DNA from: Thermoproteota archaeon
GTDB lineage: Archaea; Thermoproteota; Thermoprotei; Thermofilales; B9-G17
Direction: 5' to 3'
NCBI GenBank assembly: GCA_029258885.1
Contig: JAPDJW010000002.1
Coordinates: forward strand, 480,001-544,000
Length of the DNA: 64,000 nt
This document shows, in pieces, positions 29,861 through 38,706 of this stretch; position 1 is the first letter of the stretch; each line of letters starts with the position of its first letter. The position numbers and the translations under genes are program-made. A model generated the notes under the pieces. It ran no database searches and was not told where the DNA came from. It saw only the letters and a program-made list of their open reading frames with translations.

Positions 29861-31140
29861 GGAGCCAGCTGTTTATCCTAACGGTAGTATTGCTCATGTC
29901 TCTATTTCTTACACCCTCAACTGCGCAAGTTCCAATAACAGTCTATGGTCACGTATATATGCCGGATGGAAGTCCAGCCGTGGGGGCATCGGTAACAGTA
30001 AAGGCTGGAGGATCCACAGGAACTACAACAACGGATTCAAATGGATTCTACAAGGTTGATTTAACAGTCTCAAGTGTCCCTGTATCGGTTACAGTTACTG
30101 CTAAAAAGGGCAATTATCAGGGTAGCGCTAGTAAGAGCAACGTTGAAGGCGCCGTGCAAATAGACGTTAGACTGAAGAAGGTTAAGAGGAGCACAAGCAC
30201 TAGCATTAGTGTTGCTGAGAGCGAATTTTCTCTAAATGAAACTGTCGTAATCAATGGTAGACTTAATCCAGCGATGGTTGCTACGGTCTACGTGTATGTT
30301 ATTGATCCATCTAAAACAACGCATACTTATACTACAACTACTTCAAGCGACGGAAGGTTTTCGATTAATTTCAAAGCCAACATGCTGGGGCAGTGGAAGG
30401 CTTATGCCAGTTTTCCCGGAAACGATGATTATCTACCCTCAACCAGCTCCACCATAGTCTTTTATGTCAGAAGAACTGCAAGTCTAGAAGTTAATGTTGA
30501 AGTAGTTAACGGTAGTATTGTTTTAAAATGTAATTCAACAGAGGATATTACCGCACCATTAGATATCTACGTGAGCATCGATAATGGAACAACATGGATA
30601 AAAGTAGTCTCTCATCAGCTATCCCATGGTTCAGCTGAAATTCCATTAAACTTAACAGTTTATGGCAAGGTTCTCGTTAAGGTATACCTCCACGGCACCG
30701 CTAAATACTCAGCTTTACAACAAATAAAGGAAATATGCATTCCAAGTCCTACAGAGGCAACATTAATCTCAAGAATACATAACCTTACCCAAACAATAGA
30801 GAACTTAAATCAATCTCTAATCTTCTGGAAGTCGAGAGCGCAAGTACTGGAGGAAAACCTAACACAAACCATTGTAGAGTATGAGGAGGTGGTTCAAGAA
30901 CTGGAGCAAATTAAAACAGAGAATATAGAATTAAAGGGACAGATAAGTCAACTACAGGAAGAGAAAAGTTCTCTTCAACAGTCAGTATCAGAGCTATCCG
31001 CCGAGGTCGAAAAGCTTAAAGATGAGGTATCTATGCTTAGACTTTACCTCATGATTGCTGCAGTTATTTCATTAATAGCAGGAGTAGGCATAGGCTACCC
31101 CATAGGCGCTAGGAAGACAAAACCTAAAATCCAAAAATAA
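29857..31140 (+). CDS. Secreted Ig-like/carboxypeptidase-regulatory-like protein with coiled coil and C-terminal TM anchor
   Basis: GTGA overlap with the upstream gene, signal peptide, VYG.V...DGSPA.GA.V...TTDSNG.Y, heptad coiled coil, terminal TM helix. Confidence 0.75.
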   Translation: MRSQLFILTVVLLMSLFLTPSTAQVPITVYGHVYMPDGSPAVGASVTVKAGGSTGTTTTDSNGFYKVDLTVSSVPVSVTVTAKKGNYQGSASKSNVEGAVQIDVRLKKVKRSTSTSISVAESEFSLNETVVINGRLNPAMVATVYVYVIDPSKTTHTYTTTTSSDGRFSINFKANMLGQWKAYASFPGNDDYLPSTSSTIVFYVRRTASLEVNVEVVNGSIVLKCNSTEDITAPLDIYVSIDNGTTWIKVVSHQLSHGSAEIPLNLTVYGKVLVKVYLHGTAKYSALQQIKEICIPSPTEATLISRIHNLTQTIENLNQSLIFWKSRAQVLEENLTQTIVEYEEVVQELEQIKTENIELKGQISQLQEEKSSLQQSVSELSAEVEKLKDEVSMLRLYLMIAAVISLIAGVGIGYPIGARKTKPKIQK

Positions 31141-31558
31141 TTATTTTAATTCCTGCATTTTGAAATTATCAATTTTTCTAAAGTAATAACCATTATACTG
31201 TCTCCCCATTTTAAGCTATATAATAATTATTTTATTTAAGAATGCATGGCTTTAAATATATAATTTAAAGGAAAAGATATGGAAGGTAGAGAGAATGCGT
31301 ATCGGCAATCCCGAAAAATGAGGATAGCATTTGAAACAACAGTTAGTAGCCAAGAATTGAGCCTCCGGGAGAATGATTTCATACCAGATAAAGGACAGGA
31401 GCTAATAGTATTAAGTATGTCCCATCACACTAGTACATGACTAAGATAGCTGAAATACCCCCCTACTCTACATATTAATCGTATTAATTACAACAATAGT
31501 TATTTTAGCGATGGCATTATATGTCAAGAAAAGAGGAAGACGAAAGGTTAAGCCAGCT

Positions 31559-32809
31559 ATGATGAAAATGGGGAAATTCCTATTATTATTACTAGTTATT
31601 TATACTACAACAGTGTTCACTATATATTGTCAGCCAGTGGGCGCTAGGTATGCAGTAGTCTACTACGGTGGCTTATCGTCGAGTGTCGTAGATCTGATAG
31701 TTAACCGTGGATATAAGATACTTATATGTGCAGTAGATAACGTTCCACAAAGGCTAAAAAATGCAGGCGTTAAATGCTTTAAATATCTAGATATCCTTGG
31801 ATTACCCATAGATATGCTTGATCAAGTTAAAAATGAACATCCAGAGTGGATACTATACACGGCGGAGGGTAAGCCAGCCACTTACTGGTTTGGAGAGAAC
31901 TTCATGTGTAACTTAGCGGTAGAGAGCTTCAGAGAATACCTGGTAAATAAGGTTAAAGAGTATCTTAAGAAGGACTTCGATGGAGTATTTCTCGATGACG
32001 TAGTTAAGGATCCTAGAAGTCTAGGTCCACCACTCTACGATACCCCCATGTATAACGAGACGATGTATGGAAGGTGGATGGATGCTCTTAAGGCGCTGTT
32101 TAGTGAGATAAAGGAGGCTGGCGCACTTATAATATACAACGCTGGCTGGAGCGAGCCGGACGACGAACTAATGGAGATAGCCGATGGTGTGCTCCTTGAA
32201 AGTCATCCAGGATCCTGGAGCGGAACGCTGAGTAATCCAAAGTACTATTACAGGGACTGGTCGTGGATTTTAGCAATATCAACTAAAGCCCAAGCCTTCG
32301 CTGAGAAGGGGAAGATAGTTATCGCATTAAGCTATGGTGGTAACGATAACGCGGCATACTATACCTACGCTGCAACAAGGCTCTTCGACTTCTACTATTG
32401 GTTTGCAACACCGGATTTAGTTAAGATAGTTGACTCGCCTGTTCTTAAGCTGGATATAGGCGACCCAATAGGCTCATACAATACTGTGGATGGCGTATTC
32501 TATAGGGTCTACTCTAAGGGAGTAGTTGTATTAAATCCTTATCCAAACAGCAAGAAGGTTAAACTAAGCGTTATAAGTGCATGGACTGGACTTAAAGACC
32601 AGCACGGTAACACATATAAAGTCGAGAACGGCGAAGTTGAAATCGAGATCGCTGGAAGAAGCGGACTACTATTAACACCAGCTGAAGTAGAGGAGGTGTT
32701 TACATCAATACTAGTATACATGCCTGCATACCTAGTACTCGGCATAGCAGTAGCGGTGCCGTTGATAATATTCCTACTAGTGTTAAGAGCATTAAGAAGA
32801 GCCAAATAA
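31559..32809 (+). CDS. Membrane-anchored GH114/GHL-like (PelA/Sph3-like) glycoside hydrolase
   Basis: Signal peptide, FDGVFLDD, IYNAGW, DGVLLES, C-terminal 'G...R.YSKG.V.LNP' domain, TM anchor. Start is 31511 or 31559. Confidence 0.6.
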   Translation: MMKMGKFLLLLLVIYTTTVFTIYCQPVGARYAVVYYGGLSSSVVDLIVNRGYKILICAVDNVPQRLKNAGVKCFKYLDILGLPIDMLDQVKNEHPEWILYTAEGKPATYWFGENFMCNLAVESFREYLVNKVKEYLKKDFDGVFLDDVVKDPRSLGPPLYDTPMYNETMYGRWMDALKALFSEIKEAGALIIYNAGWSEPDDELMEIADGVLLESHPGSWSGTLSNPKYYYRDWSWILAISTKAQAFAEKGKIVIALSYGGNDNAAYYTYAATRLFDFYYWFATPDLVKIVDSPVLKLDIGDPIGSYNTVDGVFYRVYSKGVVVLNPYPNSKKVKLSVISAWTGLKDQHGNTYKVENGEVEIEIAGRSGLLLTPAEVEEVFTSILVYMPAYLVLGIAVAVPLIIFLLVLRALRRAK

Positions 32810-32979
32810 ATCAAATTTATTTCTATAATCTCCACGGTTAATCACCGTATCTCCATCTTCATTCTTGCTATTTTCGACCATTGGTACTTGAGTTAAGTAT
32901 ATTGCGATAAAATTTATATATGGCTTAAAGACTATTATTATTGATTTTAAGATAAATATTAATGATTTAAAGATAGTGA

Positions 32980-33951
32980 ATGCTGATGTTAAGCGATATC
33001 GTAGTGGTCGAGAATTTAAGCAAGAGGTACAGAAAGGAGAAGAGTAGGGAGTATATTACGGCACTTAAGTCTGTTTCGTTTAAGGTTAAGAGAGGGGAGA
33101 TTTTCGCTATAATGGGTCCAAACGGTGCTGGTAAGACTACTATGTTGAAGATATTATCGTGTGTGATAAGGCCTGATTCCGGGGATGCATGGGTATACGG
33201 CTACCATATTATTAGAGATCGCGCTAAGGCGAAGTCTGCATCAAACCTCATTATCGGAGGTAGCTGGATCGGGCTACACTACGCTTATACTGTTAGAAGG
33301 AACCTTATTTTCTTCGGGAAACTCTTCGGCTTGCCTGATAACGTTATCGGGGAGAGGATTAAGGAGGCTATAGAGCTACTCGACTTGAAGGACATTATAG
33401 ATAAGGAGGCTATCTTTCTTTCAACAGGGGAACGTCATAGAGCTATCCTTGCTAAAATGCTCCTAATAAGAACTCCAGTACTATTCCTTGATGAACCGAC
33501 TAGGAGCCTTGACCCAGTTCTTGCAAATAAGGTTAGATTTCTACTATCCAACTTAATATCGAAGGAGTATGGAATTACGGTAGTTATGACGAGCCACCAG
33601 GCAGTTGAAGTTGAAACCATAGCCGATAGAGTTGCACTGCTAAATAAAGGTAGGATCATAGCATGCGATACCCCCGAGAACCTTAGGAGGAGAATAAACA
33701 AGTTAGAGAAGCTAGTGGTTAGAATTAAGGGAAATCTCAGGATTAAGCCTCAGGATGTAGGAGCGGAGGACGTAAAGTATAGTGAAGATAGTATTGAGAT
33801 AATCTGCCGTGACTCCGAATCAGTAATTCCAAAGCTTTTATCCTTGGCTAAGGCTAATGGGGCTAGAGTTGTTGGAATACGGGTTGAAAGGCCTAGTCTC
33901 GAGGATGTATTTAAAGAACTCGTGGGTGGTTCTCATGGGATTAATGAGTAA
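32980..33951 (+). CDS. ABC-2 exporter ATP-binding subunit
   Basis: GPNGAGKTT, LSTGE, LFLDEPT, SH. Confidence 0.9.
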   Translation: MLMLSDIVVVENLSKRYRKEKSREYITALKSVSFKVKRGEIFAIMGPNGAGKTTMLKILSCVIRPDSGDAWVYGYHIIRDRAKAKSASNLIIGGSWIGLHYAYTVRRNLIFFGKLFGLPDNVIGERIKEAIELLDLKDIIDKEAIFLSTGERHRAILAKMLLIRTPVLFLDEPTRSLDPVLANKVRFLLSNLISKEYGITVVMTSHQAVEVETIADRVALLNKGRIIACDTPENLRRRINKLEKLVVRIKGNLRIKPQDVGAEDVKYSEDSIEIICRDSESVIPKLLSLAKANGARVVGIRVERPSLEDVFKELVGGSHGINE

Positions 33952-34795
33952 CCTAAGGGTAGCATACTACTTAGTTAGGCGTGAATTCAAGATCTGGACC
34001 TACTATAGAGTAAATTTTATTCTTGATATCATCGAAGTCTTAATAGATCTAGTTGTAATGGCTATAATAGCCTTAGCATCTAGGGATGTTGTAGCACCTA
34101 AGTTAAGCGTATATGGCGGAGATTATCTCTCCTACGTAGTGCTTGGTTTAATATGTAATAGGATACTTTCAATGGCTGTTAATGCCCCATATTCTTCAAT
34201 TGGAAGAGCATTTTGGCAGAGGAGGATAGAGCTATTCTTATCATCACCGCTTAACCCTGTATTTCTAGTTTCAGCACTATCGCTGGGATCAATTGTTAGA
34301 GAAAGCATTATGGCTATACTGTATCTAGTAGCCGCATTAGCCTTAGGACTACGTGTTTCAAGCCTAGGACTTACCTCCATACTAGCAATGCTTCTAGGCT
34401 TCACCGCGTGTTTAGGGCTAGGGTTAATGTCCGCCAGCCTATTCTACCTACTTGAAGCTAAGGCTGGAAGCGATCCATTGAGGTGGATAATAAACATATC
34501 CTCAAGGCTCTTCTCAGGGCTATACTATCCACTAGAGGTCCTCCCCTTCTGGTGCAGGTATCTAGCCCTACTAACTCCCCATACATACGTCTTCGATGCT
34601 GTGAGAAGGCTTCTCCTTAATGGGACCAGCGAACCTATACTAGTAGTACACTATATCCTGCTGGCCGATCCAGTTCTCATAGACCTATTTTGTCTCCTAG
34701 CGTATTCTCTAATATCTGTACTCTTAGGCTATTTTATGATTAAGTCTGGATTTAAGATTGCCTTAAAGGATGCCAGACTATCCTGGTGGTCCTAA
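33944..34795 (+). CDS. ABC-2 exporter permease
   Basis: Six hydrophobic helices; FSGLYYP..VLP...PHTY. Confidence 0.85.
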   Translation: MSNLRVAYYLVRREFKIWTYYRVNFILDIIEVLIDLVVMAIIALASRDVVAPKLSVYGGDYLSYVVLGLICNRILSMAVNAPYSSIGRAFWQRRIELFLSSPLNPVFLVSALSLGSIVRESIMAILYLVAALALGLRVSSLGLTSILAMLLGFTACLGLGLMSASLFYLLEAKAGSDPLRWIINISSRLFSGLYYPLEVLPFWCRYLALLTPHTYVFDAVRRLLLNGTSEPILVVHYILLADPVLIDLFCLLAYSLISVLLGYFMIKSGFKIALKDARLSWWS

Positions 34796-35823
34796 TGAAT
34801 GCAGTTGTAGTTGAGGATGTCTATAAGAGGTATCCTAAATATAAGAGATATGGTCCAGGGACAGCGTTAGGGAGAGCCCACTGGGTAATGGCTACACTCT
34901 ATAGGCTTAAAGGAAGAGGCTACGTAGAGGCCCTAAGGGGCGTTAGCTTTAGAGTAACGGAGGGCGAAATCTTCTGTATTATAGGCCCCAATGGCGCTGG
35001 GAAGACGACCTTAATGAAGTGTATTGGTGCGATGCTTATCCCAGATAGGGGATACATAGAGGTTGCAGGGATAGATGTCGTAAAGAACCCCCTAAGGGCT
35101 AAGAAGAAGATAACGGTGGTCGGTTCAGGATACTGGGCCGGGTTCGACTGGTCGTTAACGCTCGTTGAAAACCTCATACTATTCGGATTAATGTATGGAT
35201 ACTCTATGAGTGAGGCACGAAGTAAAGCTAAGGAAATCCTCGATGTAGTCGGTTTATCCGAAAAAGCTAATGATCGCCCATCGAAACTATCCTCGGGTGA
35301 GCGACAGAGGCTATCCTTAGCAAGAGGATTTATAGCTGAGACGCCAGTTTTCCTAATAGATGAGCCTACAGTTGGACTGGATCCCGAGGGAGCTAAACAG
35401 GTCAGAGACTACATCAAATCGGAGTTCAAGAAGCAGGGATTCACTCTAATCTTTACAACACACTTCATGCACGAAGCGGAATATTTGGCGGATAGAATAG
35501 CTATCATGGATAGGGGTAAAATAGTTGAGATAGGTAGTCCAGAAGAGCTTAAGCTTAAGTTTATAAGGGGCAAGGTCATAGATATAAAGGCTCTAAACGT
35601 CTACAAAAACGTCTTGGAGAAGCTTAGGAGCCTCGATGTAATAAACGTTGATTACTTCTACCGCTTCGGAGGAGCTGAGGTTAACCTTAAGATTTTGACC
35701 AAGAAGCCGTATGAGATCCTCGAGGAGGCAATTGATATCATACTATCCCATAGGGGTTCCCTAATATATGCCGACGTTAGAGAACCCACGCTCGAGGATG
35801 TCTATAGGATTATTTTCAGGTGA
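34795..35823 (+). CDS. ABC-2 exporter ATP-binding subunit
   Basis: GPNGAGKTT, LSSGE, LIDEPT; TAATG coupling with the upstream gene. Confidence 0.9.
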   Translation: MNAVVVEDVYKRYPKYKRYGPGTALGRAHWVMATLYRLKGRGYVEALRGVSFRVTEGEIFCIIGPNGAGKTTLMKCIGAMLIPDRGYIEVAGIDVVKNPLRAKKKITVVGSGYWAGFDWSLTLVENLILFGLMYGYSMSEARSKAKEILDVVGLSEKANDRPSKLSSGERQRLSLARGFIAETPVFLIDEPTVGLDPEGAKQVRDYIKSEFKKQGFTLIFTTHFMHEAEYLADRIAIMDRGKIVEIGSPEELKLKFIRGKVIDIKALNVYKNVLEKLRSLDVINVDYFYRFGGAEVNLKILTKKPYEILEEAIDIILSHRGSLIYADVREPTLEDVYRIIFR

Positions 35824-36677
35824 TGGTCTTGGGATACGAGTTTAAGAAGGGAGGATGTAGGGTCATACTTAATATTGCAATTGAAACCTTAAGGTCAAGA
35901 ATATTCAAGGAATATTTCTGGGTCGTATCCCTGACTATGTCTATCGTAGATACTATCGTCGGTATTTTGGCGTACTATTATGTTGCTCTATTCGTACAGG
36001 ATGCCATGGAAAGGTACGTTTCAGCGTATGGAGTAAGCTATGCAGAGTATCTGTTAATAGGCTTAATGGCTGGAGTTATAGCCACATTCCTTCGATACAG
36101 CTTATACGAGGCCGTATACCTAGGATACTGGGCTTGTGAGACCGACCTATACATAACTTCGCCTATAGGTCTAAAAGGAATGCTAATAGGCCATATGATG
36201 TTTATAGCCCTATGGGAATCAGTAATTCTAGCGACATATACCCTAGCAGCCCTTGTGTTGGGAATACCGCTACATTTAGAAAATCTGCCTCAGATAGTTT
36301 TAGCAATTTTAGTTGCCTCCCTACCCATGATAGGTATTGGGCTCGTTTCAGCTAGTGACTTCACTCTATTTAACGCTAAAAGAGGTAGCATGACAGGGAA
36401 AGTATTCTCCATACTACAGAGGATTTTCGGCGGATACTACTTTCCGGTAGGCATACTCCCCCAGCAGCTCCACATAGTATCTTATCTGCTACCCCATACA
36501 TACTTCTACGAGGCCGTGAGAATTGCCGCATTTAAAGGTGTTTGGATAACTCAAAAGCCGGAGCTACTCTATCCCTTAATAATTCAGGGGATAATATTAC
36601 TCCTGTTAGGGGCTTTACTTATGAAAAAGGCTATGGATAAGGCTGAGGAGACCGGAGATCTGAGCAGATGGACCTAA
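35820..36677 (+). CDS. ABC-2 exporter permease
   Basis: Hydrophobic helices; FGGYYFP..ILP...PHTY; paralog of the first permease. Confidence 0.85.
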   Translation: MMVLGYEFKKGGCRVILNIAIETLRSRIFKEYFWVVSLTMSIVDTIVGILAYYYVALFVQDAMERYVSAYGVSYAEYLLIGLMAGVIATFLRYSLYEAVYLGYWACETDLYITSPIGLKGMLIGHMMFIALWESVILATYTLAALVLGIPLHLENLPQIVLAILVASLPMIGIGLVSASDFTLFNAKRGSMTGKVFSILQRIFGGYYFPVGILPQQLHIVSYLLPHTYFYEAVRIAAFKGVWITQKPELLYPLIIQGIILLLLGALLMKKAMDKAEETGDLSRWT

Positions 36678-36732
36678 AGCATGATTAATTAAATGATAGG
36701 TATATTTACTAAGACGCTTTTATAGAACTGTC

Positions 36733-37638
36733 TTGAATACCCTGGAGTATAGCTTTGTGGAGAAATATTACAAGAACAGAACTGTAGCTGAGGAGATGTA
36801 CTATTTCTCTAGACATAGGTGGCTTGCGATACACTGTAGCAAAAGCGATTCAAAGGGCAGACCCATAATTGTAAGATACCTACGCGGAAAACCCTTAACC
36901 CTAAGAAGTCCAGATGACCTACATAGAATTTTCTCTGTATTGAATGCGTTTAAACCTAGGACAGTTTATGTATCGGTGAACCTTTATAGGAGAATTAAGT
37001 CTAGAGAGGATGTTTTAGATTATTTGAATAACGTTTATCTGAGGACGCCCAGCTGGGATATCGACAGCGAGCTGAACTGGTGGAGGCATACACTCGAGGT
37101 TGCAAGAGCCATAGTAGATGTCTTGGAGAAGCACGGTGTCGTAAAATCAGTCTACCTGATTTGGTCAGGTAGGGGAGTACACGTGCATATCCACGAGAGG
37201 GCAATCTCAAGCAGTATTCTGAAGAAATATCATCCCATAGACGTAACCTACAGTATAGTGGAGTACGTTATAGGCAGAGTGAAGCCCCTCTTAAACGAAT
37301 TAAACATCAATAAGAGTACCAGAATTAAAGTGGAGAACCTAATGGATCCTCAGAGGGTATTTACAGCCCCGCTAAGCCTACACAAGAAGCTTAATGTATC
37401 ATGCATAGCGTTTAAGCCTGAGGAGATAGATAGTTTCGATTTAAGCTGGATTAATCCGGAGAACTTTAAACATAACCTGAAGTGGAGGCTCTACGAAGTC
37501 GGCGAAGCCGATGAGCTAGCGTTAAAGGCCTTCCAGACTATAGGCCCCTACCCGAAACCGTATGGATCGGGAAGAAGGAGGCATAGGCCATTGGACGAGG
37601 CAATTAGAAAATATCTTCCCAAGGATGATATGCTATAG
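36733..37638 (+). CDS. Archaeo-eukaryotic primase (AEP) superfamily protein, PriS-like paralog
   Basis: Motif I WDID, motif II WSGRGVHVH, motif III D.QRVFTAPLSLH. Confidence 0.75.
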   Translation: MNTLEYSFVEKYYKNRTVAEEMYYFSRHRWLAIHCSKSDSKGRPIIVRYLRGKPLTLRSPDDLHRIFSVLNAFKPRTVYVSVNLYRRIKSREDVLDYLNNVYLRTPSWDIDSELNWWRHTLEVARAIVDVLEKHGVVKSVYLIWSGRGVHVHIHERAISSSILKKYHPIDVTYSIVEYVIGRVKPLLNELNINKSTRIKVENLMDPQRVFTAPLSLHKKLNVSCIAFKPEEIDSFDLSWINPENFKHNLKWRLYEVGEADELALKAFQTIGPYPKPYGSGRRRHRPLDEAIRKYLPKDDML

Positions 37639-38157
37639 CCTACCCTTAACAGCTTCAACCTGCCTTTCAATGATGTTTCTAACTTCAAGAGGATTTCTAA
37701 CGTTTGCTATAATTATCGGCTTTACTCCAACCGACATTATAATGATCGATCCCGTACCGTATATTTTATCTATTACGCCGACGTTAACCTCTATCTGCTG
37801 TACAAGCTCAAGTTTAAGGAAATCATAGTCTATTCCAATGACACCCCTACGTACAATTATCCTATTCTCGGTTAGAACATAGAATACATTCCTCCACAGC
37901 AATATCGGATACAGCGTAAATGCACCCAGTATAGTCAACGTTATACCATACCAGAACATAAAGAAGAGTAGTACGAAAGGCCATGCCGAGGCGGAAAATA
38001 TACCAGGTATGAATAGGGGAAAAACTATAAACGGTATAATAAATGGTATAATAAAAACTCCCCTTAGTATAAAGGGCCAGAAAAGAGGTCTACCATACCA
38101 AATAATTCTCTCGCCCTTAACGGCATCTAAAAGATCTCTGGGGAGCTCTTGGAACAT
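37633..38157 (-). CDS. Membrane protein with bacterial PH (bPH_2) domain
   Basis: Two TM helices, then YVLTENRIIVRRG...VQQIEVN.G..DKIYGTGSI. Confidence 0.8.
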   Translation of the reverse strand: MFQELPRDLLDAVKGERIIWYGRPLFWPFILRGVFIIPFIIPFIVFPLFIPGIFSASAWPFVLLFFMFWYGITLTILGAFTLYPILLWRNVFYVLTENRIIVRRGVIGIDYDFLKLELVQQIEVNVGVIDKIYGTGSIIIMSVGVKPIIIANVRNPLEVRNIIERQVEAVKGRL

Positions 38158-38183
38158 GGTTTAAATTTAGGGAGTGAAGCCTT

Positions 38184-38645
38184 ATAACTTTAACCTCCTT
38201 TTCCTAAGAATAATCTCCGATTCGCCCGGTAGAATAGCGTCCTTTATCTCGCAACATACTCGTATCCTCTCTTCTCATAGAATCTCCTAGCATATCTATT
38301 AAAGGAGGATACAAGCAGAAAGATGTTCCTCCTAAACTTGAAGATATCATTCTCAGCTACATCCATAAGCCTAGATCCTATGCCAAGCCCCCTAAACCCC
38401 TCCTTTACAGCTATAGCCCTTATATACCCGCCAAGCGGAAAGCCGTCGAAAAACCTATATATAATGAAGCCAACAACCTCGTCATTTACCTCAGCTACCT
38501 TGATCCATCCCTCCTCAAGACCTGCTAGCACAACATCTATACACATATCACGGGTATATCCTAGCCTTTTAAAGGGATCAGTAGAAAGCATGATATTGCA
38601 TACACTCTCTATATCACTATATCTGCAGTTACGGATTCTAAACAT
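38184..38645 (-). pseudogene. GNAT acetyltransferase with a single-base frameshift near the 3' end
   Basis: FRGLGIGSRLM and N..ARRFYEKRGY. The ORF stops at 38244, but restoring one G (GTT-GGC-GAG) gives the expected VGEIKDAILPGESEIILRKRRLKL*. May be a sequencing error. Confidence 0.7.
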
Positions 38646-38706
38646 GTTAATTCTCCTAAATTCTCTCTAGAGCCTTAATCCTCAGCCAACCTAAAATATC
38701 GGAAAC

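Noticed and set aside
31270-31445. 53-codon plus-strand ORF in the intergenic gap
   Set aside because: Short, with no motif or clear RBS support.
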